Part shown: positions 1 to 8,908 of the stretch, piece by piece
How the letters are laid out: each line of letters opens with the position of its first letter
Position numbering within the stretch: position 1 is the first letter of the stretch
Assembly (NCBI GenBank): GCA_965205025.1
Contig: CBDBFU010000013.1
Location: forward strand, 224,001-288,000
Length of the DNA stretch: 64,000 nucleotides
Direction of reading: 5' to 3'
Source: Candidatus Poribacteria bacterium
GTDB lineage: Bacteria; Poribacteria; WGA-4E; WGA-3G
Notes under the pieces: generated by a model
What the model was told of the DNA's origin: nothing
The model's input: only the letters and a program-made list of their open reading frames with translations
Databases searched by the model: none
Position numbers and translations under genes: made by a program

Positions 1-39
1 GAAAATTATAAGGCAGGGAAGTATACCCGGATTGTTTGA
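1..39 (+). CDS. 3' end of putative antitoxin (truncated by window start)
   Basis: Frame reads ENYKAGKYTRIV*, resembling the C-terminus (DFHAGKCEDL) of the antitoxin at 6741; lies directly upstream of a toxin-like frame. Confidence 0.45.
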   Translation, partial: ENYKAGKYTRIV

Positions 40-44
40 AGTTC

Positions 45-311
45 ATGCAAAAGTTTTAACATGTAATCAATGACGAATTTGTAGCACTTGCTGACAATCT
101 TCCAAGCGATATTCAAAGATCTATTGCCAAACAATTTCAATTTTTACGAGTCAACCCACTTCACCCATCGCTCAAATTCAAAAAAGTGTCAGGACGATGG
201 TCACTACGTATCACTAAGGATTACCGAGCACTCGGTTATGAACAAGATGATGATACCATTACATGGTATTGGGTCGGGCAACATGATGAGTATGAAAAGA
301 GAATCAAGTAG
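45..311 (+). pseudogene. RelE/ParE-like toxin with in-frame TAA at codon 5 (missed by ORF track)
   Basis: ATG45 frame reads MQKF*HVINDEFV...NPLHPSLKFKKVSGRWSLRITKDYRALG...WYWVGQHDEYEKRIK*; clear paralog of 7150-7404. Confidence 0.75.
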
Positions 312-356
312 TAGAAATACTGAAGTGTGATCGACAGGAAAATAAAGATTTTCAAA

Positions 357-392
357 TGCCTCTACAGAGTTGTAGGGGTGTTTTCTTTTTTT
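357..392 (+). terminator. Probable intrinsic terminator
   Basis: GCCTCTACA-GAGT-TGTAGGGGT hairpin followed by a T-rich tract after the toxin frame. Confidence 0.55.
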
Positions 393-427
393 GGCTTAAT
401 AAGGACGTGAGACGTAAAAACCTAAAA

Positions 428-498
428 ATTGCTATTTATATAGTTCACATTACGATCACTCTTAGTAGTCCCCCTGATAAGGGGGATTTAGGGGGTTT
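428..498. repeat. Dispersed repeat with CCCCCTGATAAGGGGG hairpin; inverted diverged copy at about 8688-8758
   Basis: Sequence aligns by eye with the reverse complement of 8688-8758. Confidence 0.7.
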
Positions 499-544
499 CT
501 TTAATTGATAATGCACGATCATTATTTAGAAATGGTATTACATC

Positions 545-655
545 ACGATGTTTCCTCACGCCAGCGGCGTGATATGTCTATAGAAATAAGAAGCAGAAAA
601 CTCTGCACTCCAGCGGAGTGCTATGTAGAGATGTCCGCTTTGGACATAAATATGC
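545..655 (+). repeat. 111-bp hairpin-doublet repeat (CACGCCAGCGGCGTG / CACTCCAGCGGAGTG); near-identical copy 5760-5870, related inverted copies about 63123-63265
   Basis: Direct comparison of the copies. Confidence 0.9.
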
Positions 656-659
656 AACC

Positions 660-917
660 CCTTGGTAGGTTCACCCCAGACCCAGTAGGCGGGGAATGCT
701 GTATAGTATTCATACCCGGGGAATGCCATAAGGCATTCATACCGTTGATTCCTTGATTCCTTGATTCCTTGAGTCCCGTAGGGACGGAATGTCTATAGCA
801 CAGGTGTATACCCGTAATTGAGTCCCGTAGGGACGGAATGTTTATAGAATCCCTTTGAACTAAATTAACTTCTCCGATTTGCTATTAATGTAAACTAATT
901 AAGTAAAATTGGTAATA
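660..917. repeat. Composite repeat (GAATGC hairpins + GTCCCGTAGGGAC doublet + AT-rich tail); inverted copy about 62197-62434, partial copy about 50864-50957
   Basis: Blocks align with the reverse complement of 62197-62434. Confidence 0.85.
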
Positions 918-1025
918 CTAAATTGACACGTAATAATACGGATGTCAGATTTTATAAGCAAAATATGAGCATATAGAGTAAAATATGGATAAGAGACTTT
1001 ACCAAATTATGCACGGAGATAACTT

Positions 1026-3968
1026 ATGGCAAGAGATAAGAGAGAGAAAGAGGTTAAGGATTACCGACACGACTCATCAACACGAAAGAATAACCCACCC
1101 GCTGGTATCGCTGGACAGGCGAGAACACCCGAAACTCCCAAACAGGAATACGCATATAATCCACATTTACCACCCATATTGCGCTCCGATCCGAACGGTG
1201 ATGTAGACAAACTTCACGAACTCCTCGAAAGAGCACAGAAACAACCCCTCACATCAGAAGAGGCGAAAAGAATTGCGGATGCACTCAAACATCATGAACC
1301 GTGGTTAGAATGGTCAGGGAAACAAGAAGCAAAATCCTTTACTGTTGACCCAGTTGCATTGCATGTGCATGAACGCGTGAGTGCAAAAGCAATTTTAAAG
1401 GTAGCAGAACGTGAAAATGTCCAACGCCAACTCTTTGCTGACCCACAGCAGACATATAACGAGGCGGTCGAGTTTTACAAGCACGATGTGGATTGGGCAA
1501 ATAGGCTAATTCTTGGGGATAGTCTGATGGTGATGAGTTCTCTTGCGAAACGTGAAGATCTTGCTGGTAAAGTACAGATGATTTACATTGATCCACCCTA
1601 CGGTATTAATTTCTCTTCTAATTTTCAATCAACAGTATTCCAACGTGATGTAAAGAATAGAGACCAAGATTTGACGCGTGAAGCAGAACAGGTAAAGGCA
1701 TACCGTGACACATGGACACTCGGTATACATTCCTACCTTGCATATCTCCGTGATAGGTTAATTGTTGCCAAAGATTTGTTGACAGATAGCGGGAGTATCT
1801 TTGTGCAAATTAGTGATGAGAATGTTCATCGGGTAAGGGTTATAATGGATGAAGTGTTTGGTAGTAAAAATTTCTATGCTATGATAAATTTCAGAAGCAT
1901 GAGTCCTTTGGGACAAAAAGGAATCGCTCGAATTTATGATTATATCATGTGGTATGCCAAGGATATAGATCAGATAAAATTTAGACCGCTGTTCTTTTAT
2001 AGAGACTTAATGGATGAATCAGAGTTCTCTTTTCTTGATAGAGGTGACGGAACCTATGAGAAATTGCCAAGATCCGATATCCAAAATCTATCCTCTGAAC
2101 AATTGCATAAGGTATTTAAGAGATCAGTTCTAACATCTTCTGGATATACACCATCTTGCACCTATGATTTCAAATATGAGGGGAGTACATTTAGTCCGTT
2201 AAGTCGTAAAAGTTGGCGTACAACTTTAGATGGAAATAGACGTTTATCATTAGCTAAAAGGCTTTTAATCTTAGGAAAGAATCTCTACTATCGGCAATAT
2301 CATAGTGACTTTCCATTAATTCAGATGGAAAATAGTTGGACAGATACTGCCGCTGGATTTAGCGATTCTAAACGATATGTTGTTGAAACTAATCCAAAAA
2401 TAATTCAACGCTGCTTACATATGACTACTGATCCTGGGGACCTTGTCCTTGATCCTACCTGTGGTAGTGGTACTACTGCCTATGTGGCTGAGCAGTGGGG
2501 TCGACGGTGGATTACAATTGACACCAGTCGGGTTTCTCTTGCATTAGCACGACAACGTCTGTTAACAAGTAGTTTCGAGTATTATGAACTGAAAGATGAA
2601 ATGAGTGGTGTTGCAAGAGGATTTATTAATAAAGTCGCACCACACATCACGCTCAGAAGCATTGCCCAAAACACCGCCCTTGACCCTATCTTTGAAAAGC
2701 ATGAACCCATTCTTAAAGAAAAATTGGATACATTGAATAGTGCTTTGGTTGAAATTACAGACGACATCCGATCGAAACTCCTTGCGAAACTTGTAGAGAA
2801 AGAAAAACGCGATGGGAAAAGATCCATCACAGAGGCAGATAGACGACGATGGCAACTACCAGAAACGGAATGGCAGGAGTGGGAAGTGCCGTTTGACACC
2901 GATCCGGATTGGACGGATGCATTAAAGAAAGCGTTGACCGATTATAGAGAAGCATGGCGTGCAAAGATGGATGAGGTAAATGAATGTATTGCTGCTGCCT
3001 CTGATGGTGAGGAGTTGGTTGACCAACCAGAGATAGACAGAAGACGAATTCGTGTGAGTGGTCCCTTTACTGTGGAAGCGGTGCAGCCTCCTGAAGAATA
3101 TCTTGATATGGAGTCTCCTATCGGTGGAGAACCCGAAGAATTGGACGAAACATTTGATGAAACTGAAAATGATACACACGAAGATGTGAATGCAGAGGCG
3201 TATCTTGACAAAATGATTCGTCTTTTACGTGAAGATGGTGTGAAGTTTCCTGATGATAATAAACAGAAATTCGCTACGCTGAATCCTTTTGATGGTGGTA
3301 TTTTACACGCTGAAGGGAGTTGGGAAAATGGTGATTCGGATCGACGGGTTGCGGTCGCGTTCGGTCCACAACACGGACCTGTGACCGCAGTACAGGTTGA
3401 ACAGTGTGTACGTGCAGCATATCGAAATGCATTTGATGATCTTATATTTGCAGGTTTTAGTTTTGATGGTGCAGCACAAGCTGCCATTCAAGACGATCTG
3501 AATCCGAGTGTACGTATCCACATGGCTAATATCAGTCCTGATGTGGTGATGGATGACCTCCTGAAGAATACTTCCTCCACGCAATTGTTTACGGTGTTCG
3601 GATTGCCGCGTACAACCCTTGAGAAACAAGACAATGGTGAGTATGTTATTACGATGGAAGGGGTGGACATTTATAATCCTGTGGATAACACCTTGAGTTC
3701 TGCTGGTGCGGATAAGGTGGCAGCATGGTTTCTTGATTCTGATTATGATGGTCGAACTTTCTGTATTACGCAAGCGTTCTTTCCTGACAGAAAGGCATGG
3801 GACAAAATTGCGCGTGATCTTAAGGGTGTGATTGACGCGGAGAGTTTTGAGATGTTCAGTGGAACAGAATCGTTACCATTTCCTATGGGGCAACATAGAT
3901 GTGCTGCCGTTAAAGTCATTGATCCGCGCGGGAATGAGGTGATGCGGGTGCATAATTTGGATGCGTAG
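1026..3968 (+). CDS. mod: Type III-like restriction-modification DNA adenine methyltransferase (Mod, beta class)
   Basis: Motif IV YIDPPY precedes motif I VLDPTCGSGTT; long C-terminal region ending AVKVIDPRGNE, typical of Mod partners of the Res at 11289. Confidence 0.9.
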   Translation: MARDKREKEVKDYRHDSSTRKNNPPAGIAGQARTPETPKQEYAYNPHLPPILRSDPNGDVDKLHELLERAQKQPLTSEEAKRIADALKHHEPWLEWSGKQEAKSFTVDPVALHVHERVSAKAILKVAERENVQRQLFADPQQTYNEAVEFYKHDVDWANRLILGDSLMVMSSLAKREDLAGKVQMIYIDPPYGINFSSNFQSTVFQRDVKNRDQDLTREAEQVKAYRDTWTLGIHSYLAYLRDRLIVAKDLLTDSGSIFVQISDENVHRVRVIMDEVFGSKNFYAMINFRSMSPLGQKGIARIYDYIMWYAKDIDQIKFRPLFFYRDLMDESEFSFLDRGDGTYEKLPRSDIQNLSSEQLHKVFKRSVLTSSGYTPSCTYDFKYEGSTFSPLSRKSWRTTLDGNRRLSLAKRLLILGKNLYYRQYHSDFPLIQMENSWTDTAAGFSDSKRYVVETNPKIIQRCLHMTTDPGDLVLDPTCGSGTTAYVAEQWGRRWITIDTSRVSLALARQRLLTSSFEYYELKDEMSGVARGFINKVAPHITLRSIAQNTALDPIFEKHEPILKEKLDTLNSALVEITDDIRSKLLAKLVEKEKRDGKRSITEADRRRWQLPETEWQEWEVPFDTDPDWTDALKKALTDYREAWRAKMDEVNECIAAASDGEELVDQPEIDRRRIRVSGPFTVEAVQPPEEYLDMESPIGGEPEELDETFDETENDTHEDVNAEAYLDKMIRLLREDGVKFPDDNKQKFATLNPFDGGILHAEGSWENGDSDRRVAVAFGPQHGPVTAVQVEQCVRAAYRNAFDDLIFAGFSFDGAAQAAIQDDLNPSVRIHMANISPDVVMDDLLKNTSSTQLFTVFGLPRTTLEKQDNGEYVITMEGVDIYNPVDNTLSSAGADKVAAWFLDSDYDGRTFCITQAFFPDRKAWDKIARDLKGVIDAESFEMFSGTESLPFPMGQHRCAAVKVIDPRGNEVMRVHNLDA

Positions 3969-3971
3969 AGG

Positions 3972-4010
3972 TTGTCTGAATCGCAGATTTCACGGATTTC
4001 ACGGAGAAGA
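3972..4010 (+). repeat. 9-bp tandem CACGGATTW-type repeat; related copies about 8220-8259, 14359-14388 (-), 62901-62948 (-)
   Basis: TTGTCTGAATCGCAGATTTCACGGATTTCACGGA and related copies. Confidence 0.75.
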
Positions 4011-4083
4011 GGATTATACCATTTTCAATTGATACACTTACATTATGACTTACGTAATTCAATGATCATCATATACATATAAT

Positions 4084-4235
4084 GAGTCCCGGGGAATGCC
4101 TAAATGGCATTCATACCCGGGGAATGCTAAATAGCATTCATACCGTTGATTCCTTGATTTGGTAGGGACGGAATGTCTATAGAAAACGTGTTTAGCCACT
4201 ATCTTGAGTCCCGTAGGGACGGAATGTCTATAGAA
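4084..4235 (+). repeat. GAGTCCCGTAGGGACGGAATGTYTATA hairpin doublet with a 71-nt insertion (4091-4161); other copies 770-846, 8559-8633, 50878-50957, 62267-62381 (-)
   Basis: 4162-4232 is essentially identical to 8564-8633. Confidence 0.9.
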
Positions 4236-4257
4236 AACGTACTGACCCTAAACAATA

Positions 4258-4333
4258 AGCCCCATCGGGGCGAAAGGTTTGTAGAAAAGCATATAAAAAA
4301 TGAGGTTCAGCCCCAGCGGGGCGAAAGGTGTGT
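4258..4333 (+). repeat. AGCCCC-NNN-GGGGCGAAAGGT hairpin doublet; other copies about 6011-6084, 6286-6360 (-), 8143-8217 (-), 8364-8437, 62017-62194 (-)
   Basis: Six doublets with the same architecture are visible. Confidence 0.9.
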
Positions 4334-4455
4334 CGAAACATAATGTCTGAAGAGAAAACTCACGAATTATATGATTTTATACAGCAATGCAGTGATGAAA
4401 CGCATTTGTGTATTGTGAGCTTTATTTTTAGATAAATACAAACGGAGGTAAAAAC

Positions 4456-4878
4456 ATGAGCATTATAATGCCAACTGGTAAAAGTGGAATATTCGGAGAC
4501 CTAAAACAACATGGCAGAGCACGCGCAGTCTTACCAATCCTTATACTCCGCGCACAAGAACATAATACCATCACTTTCGGAGAATTAGGAAATGCTATCG
4601 GTTTCCGACGCTATGATCTCTTTGGTGGTATTCTTGACTGTATCAACACAGAACTTCATGGAATAAACACAGATCTTCCAACGCTATCAACAATTGTTGT
4701 TAGAAAAAACAATGACGGAAATAAGGAACCGAGTAGTTGGATGGCAAATCAGATGCGGGAACAGTTGAATTTGGAGCCTACGTGGGAGAATTACCACCGT
4801 ATCTGCATTCAACCTGTTTTTGATTATCCAGACTGGGATAAGGTTATGAACGAAATTATCCAGTCACAAAATTGGTGA
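4456..4878 (+). CDS. Hypothetical protein, possibly a winged-HTH like N-terminal domains of restriction nucleases
   Basis: GGAGG RBS; TITFGELGNAIG...LPTLSTIVV pattern; function is inference. Confidence 0.65.
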   Translation: MSIIMPTGKSGIFGDLKQHGRARAVLPILILRAQEHNTITFGELGNAIGFRRYDLFGGILDCINTELHGINTDLPTLSTIVVRKNNDGNKEPSSWMANQMREQLNLEPTWENYHRICIQPVFDYPDWDKVMNEIIQSQNW

Positions 4879-4946
4879 TAAAGTGTGATGTGTCTAAAAT
4901 ATTTTACTTGGCAATATGTCTAACACATGCTTTTCAATATTCATTT

Positions 4947-5138
4947 TTATTCTTTGCGTATATCTTTGTAAACTAAATTTTGCAGTATGACATTAAGTAA
5001 TAAAATAATTAACGTTTCATTTGTGTTGTGTGAACCTTCGTAAAAAATATTATCTATAACCTGAAAGGTAAAAATACCGAAAAATATAAGCAGGGTTATG
5101 CTAAAAAAAATAAACATAACTTTGTAAAATTTATTCAT
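4947..5138 (-). CDS. Small two-TM membrane protein (paralog of 5231-5446)
   Basis: AAGGA RBS, two hydrophobic stretches, shared IDNIFYEGS..ET motif with its neighbour. Confidence 0.7.
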   Translation of the reverse strand: MNKFYKVMFIFFSITLLIFFGIFTFQVIDNIFYEGSHNTNETLIILLLNVILQNLVYKDIRKE

Positions 5139-5153
5139 TTTTTAATCCTTACA

Positions 5154-5190
5154 GTTTCCATTCCCTTCAAACGGGAAAGTAGTTCCGATC
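5154..5190 (-). CRISPR. Solitary CRISPR-repeat-like 37-mer GATCGGAACTACTTTCCCGTTTGAAGGGAATGGAAAC; degenerate second copy 5467-5503
   Basis: 37 nt, TTCCC/GGGAA stem, 3' ATGGAAAC handle; no canonical array or cas genes in the window. Confidence 0.55.
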
Positions 5191-5230
5191 TTGACAATAT
5201 GTCTAATACATGCTTTTTCAATATTCATTT

Positions 5231-5446
5231 TTATTCTTTGCCTATATCTTTGGCATCTAATTTTTGTAGTATAGTAAATAATAACATCATAATAGCTATT
5301 AATAATACAATAATAACTGTTTCACTTATATTGGATGAACCTTCGTAAAAAATATTATCTATTAACTGCAAGATAAAAACCCCGACACATATAAAAAAGG
5401 CTATGGGACATAAAATAAACATAACTCTGTATTGTTTTTTAGACAT
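5231..5446 (-). CDS. Small two-TM membrane protein (paralog of 4947-5138)
   Basis: Tandem duplication of a roughly 280-300 bp unit including 3' flank and upstream repeat. Confidence 0.7.
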   Translation of the reverse strand: MSKKQYRVMFILCPIAFFICVGVFILQLIDNIFYEGSSNISETVIIVLLIAIMMLLFTILQKLDAKDIGKE

Positions 5447-5659
5447 TTTAATTTTTAATCCTTACGGTTTCACTTCCCTCCAAATGGGAAAGAATTTTTA
5501 CCATCCCATTCTTCATACTTCCACTTCTCCAGCCTTCTATTCAAATTCGGTTCAAAAAGTACACTACATTAACAATTATATCAAGAAAAAATGAAATTCA
5601 CTATCTTATTAATATAGTTTGGACAATTATCAGATGTTTTAGGTTGACCTAATACTACT

Positions 5660-5963
5660 ATAGTTTGGACAATTTTAGACATAGCACTCCGCTGGAGCAA
5701 GACGCACAACTTATCTGTGTGTTAGATGTGATCAATAGAGAACTAACTACACCGGCCTTACGATGTCTCCTCACGCCAGCGGCGTGATATGTCTATAGAA
5801 ATAAAAGGCAGAAAACCCCGCACTCCAGCGGAGTGCTATGTAGAGATGTCCGCTTTGGACATAAATATGCTTTTCAGTCATTTATACCGACCCTAAAACT
5901 ATCAGGAAAACAGAGAAACCCTTGAAACACGACATGAGACCGACAGAAACTGTCCAAAATATA
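5660..5963. mobile_element. MITE-like shell with TAGTTTGGACA...TGTCCAAA termini carrying hairpin doublets
   Basis: Imperfect terminal inverted repeats; the same left end recurs at about 5615 and 61994. Confidence 0.5.
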
Positions 5964-6740
5964 GTATGCGATATTAACTTGTAGAAAATCTATCATATAC
6001 AAATAAGAACAGCCCCAGCGGGGCGGAAGGTGTGTAGAAAACGACGGATAGGAAAAACTAAGCCCCGGAGGGGCGAAAGGTGTATTGGAAAAACATAATG
6101 CCTGAAAAGAAAACCCACGAATTATATGACTTCATTCAACAGTGCACCGATGAGATGTCTACAGAATATGAACGGATTTATAAAGATCAACTGAAAATTA
6201 AGGATCGCTGGGAATCAATGAGAAGAAAATTGAGATGATTATTACGTGGCTGGCTTCCTTGCAACATCAACGTCAATTTAAGAATACACCTTTCGCCCCG
6301 CTGGGGCTTTATACATTGGGTTTCAACGTTTTCTATAAACCTTTCGCCCCGCTGGGGCTTTTAACAGGGTTATTTAGTTTTAAGAATTATCAGTAAATTA
6401 GTATTACCGATAATTTATTTCGTAGATTGGGTTGAACCGTAGGTGAAACCTAACATTTCCTGTATGTCTAGGGTTACATGTTGCTTTTTATAGAAATGTG
6501 AAAAAATATAGAAGTAAAACCGAAAACTAAATAACCCTGGAAGTCGTGGATAAACATGGATTAAGTATAGTAAATAATGCTATAATTTCTGGCATGTGTT
6601 CGTAGAATTCCAATCCACGAAACTGAAATTCAGCGAGCAGCGCGTCCGGACGTTAAAATACATTGACTTTCCACCCAAATTATCACATAATACTATATTA
6701 CCAAATATTGTACAGATAGGCTTTATTGGAGGATCAAGAC

Positions 6741-7076
6741 ATGGACCATATCCAAACATTCAAAATTCATGACGTGGAAGATGGCGAGATCTATACCGCA
6801 AAAATCCAAAAAAATGGCAAGAAGTGGATGGGGTGGATACAGGAATACCCCAAAGTCAAGTGTGAGGCAGATACACAAGACGCATTACTGGAAATCCTCG
6901 AAAACACGCTTTATCAAAGCCTTGAAGCAGATTGGCAAGCATGGGACAAACAATTAGAGGCAGACGTAAGAGCAGGAAAACTTGACACTATCCTTGAACG
7001 AGTCAGTGCTGACTTTCATGCGGGTAAATGTGAAGACTTAAGGGTATTTCTTTCAAAGAAAGCCGCTGAGGAGTAG
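6741..7076 (+). CDS. Putative antitoxin (HicB-like N-terminus)
   Basis: GGAGG RBS before ATG6741; YTAKI..WMGWIQEYP pattern; WDKQLEADVRAGKLD C-terminus; upstream of toxin; TTGACT...CATAAT promoter-like site near 6663. Confidence 0.75.
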   Translation: MDHIQTFKIHDVEDGEIYTAKIQKNGKKWMGWIQEYPKVKCEADTQDALLEILENTLYQSLEADWQAWDKQLEADVRAGKLDTILERVSADFHAGKCEDLRVFLSKKAAEE

Positions 7077-7149
7077 AGTGCTGCGTCTAAAATTTTGAAA
7101 CTTGCCATATTTCGTTTTAACCTACGCAAATCGAAACGTGCAAAGAAAT

Positions 7150-7404
7150 ATGAACAACCATGTCATAAACGACGATTTCTGGGCTGCGTACAACAACCTA
7201 CCACAAAACGTTCAAAGAAGCACACTCCGGAAAATTGAATTGTTACTTGAAAATCCTATGCACCCTTCTCTCTACTTTAAAAAGGTTGGTAGGCTTTGGT
7301 CAGCACGAATCAATAAGCAATATCGTATTCTGGCGCGCGAAGAAGAAGGCACTTTAGTCTGGTATTGGGTCGGAAAACACGACGAGTATATGAGACAGAT
7401 ATGA
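7150..7404 (+). CDS. RelE/ParE-like toxin
   Basis: NPMHPSLYFKKVGRLWSARINKQYRILA...WYWVGKHDEY; start likely ATG7150. Confidence 0.85.
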   Translation: MNNHVINDDFWAAYNNLPQNVQRSTLRKIELLLENPMHPSLYFKKVGRLWSARINKQYRILAREEEGTLVWYWVGKHDEYMRQI

Positions 7405-7479
7405 TGCATTAGCGTAGATTCACCCATTTCCATCCCACCTCAAAATATCCCTTCCTGATTTACCCAAAGTATATTTATT

Positions 7480-8040
7480 AAAAAAAATAAAATAAATTGA
7501 AGAAAATATAAATATCTAACATCTAACATACATATTTCACAATAATATAAAAATAAAGCATATATATTTGTCAAAATAAAAATAAAATTGTATAATACTA
7601 TATCGTTCAATAATTGTAAACTAACGCATTTTGGAGTTGATACCCAAATCATGATTTTCCGTAGTCTAAAAAATCAGATAAATAGGATTATCAAATTGAA
7701 TTACACGGCAAATTTTTTTAGTTTTTCAAATTTTAAAATTTTACACCGATTCATCAAATCCTCTGTTATCCCAACCCCCAACAGGGTTTACAGCCTATTA
7801 AAAAGTCATTTCCTAAAAACCGACTCAAAAAACTTGAAAAACTTGAAAATGGATGGTTAAGTTATTTCATATAAAAACGACTCCCAAACAATGGATAAAA
7901 GGAAAAGTAAAAGACACAAAATCCATCAATTGTGCAAATTCTTGTAACCTTAAAACAGTGGCTGTAAGCCCAGTGTAGTACTGACGGGATAAGGGTTTTC
8001 CCAATGTTACACGATGTAACGAAAAGTGCAACTTTTGAAA
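7480..8040 (+). repeat. AT-rich non-coding dispersed element, copy 1 (copy 2 about 49851-50575 minus; copy 3 about 63040-63655 plus)
   Basis: Shared blocks such as TACTATATCGTTCAATAATTGTAAACTAA, TTACACCGATT.ATCAAATCCT.TGTTATCCCAA and CCCAGTGTAGTACTGACGGGA. Confidence 0.85.
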
Positions 8041-8908
8041 ACAATATGAAATATTAAATATTACAACTGTGAAAGCGAAAGAGAGTAAATTTACAGAATA
8101 ATTACCCTTGGATTAATATAAGTTTGTACAATTTTAAGCGATACACATTTCGCCCCTCTGGGGCTTTGGGTTAGTAGTTTAGCACATTTTCTACAAACAT
8201 TTCGCCCCTCTGGGGCTTTCTGAATCACGGATTACACGGATTACGCGGATTTCACGGATGGGTTTTTTGGTTGTTTAGTGGTTCTTGACTTGTGATTGGG
8301 TTTATCTGGGACGACGGGTTATAAGTGTATGTATCAAAATAGTGTTATCTTTTCGAAATTGGCAGCCCCAGAGGGGGAAAGTGTGTAGAAAACGGAATAG
8401 TCCAAAACAATAAGCCCTGGAGGGGCGAAAGGTGTGTAAAAACATAATCAAGAATACCTATAATGAGTTGTACTAAATAACTTTTAGTATTAGTAACCAA
8501 TAGTTTCACATAAATAATGGCTGGTATGAATACCCTTCATTAGTTGGCATTATCTTTAGTCCCGTAGGGACGGAATGTCTATAGAAAACGTGTTTAGCCA
8601 CTATCTTGAGTCCCGTAGGGACGGAATGTTTATATATTGAAACGTAATACCACTTCTAAAATGTTGCTTACTCATTATACATTGAAGAAACACCCTAATT
8701 TCACTTTATCAGGGGATTACTAAGAATACCCGTAATGTAAACTATTTAAATAGAAATGGTATAATAATGCAAGCTCGATGTAGGGTCCACTCGGATTTGA
8801 GAGAAAATATCTAAATCGGTAATATGAAGTGCGGAGTGTAGGTTATAGACAAAGTAGAACAAAATTAAAATACATGAATTCTATTTCTCAAAATGGAGAT
8901 ACTAAATT

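Noticed and set aside
88-330. 80-aa ORF from the ORF track
   Set aside because: Shadow of the toxin reading frame at 45-311
505-756. 83-aa ORF (also 5403-5594, 57131-57515, 62766-63175)
   Set aside because: Translations of repeat mosaics with no RBS or protein-like composition
4912-5503. Canonical CRISPR array
   Set aside because: Only two repeat-like units, separated by about 275 nt containing a gene; no leader-array structure or cas genes
7440-8044. Short ORFs in the AT-rich element
   Set aside because: Frames are not preserved in the homologous copies at 49851-50575 and 63040-63655
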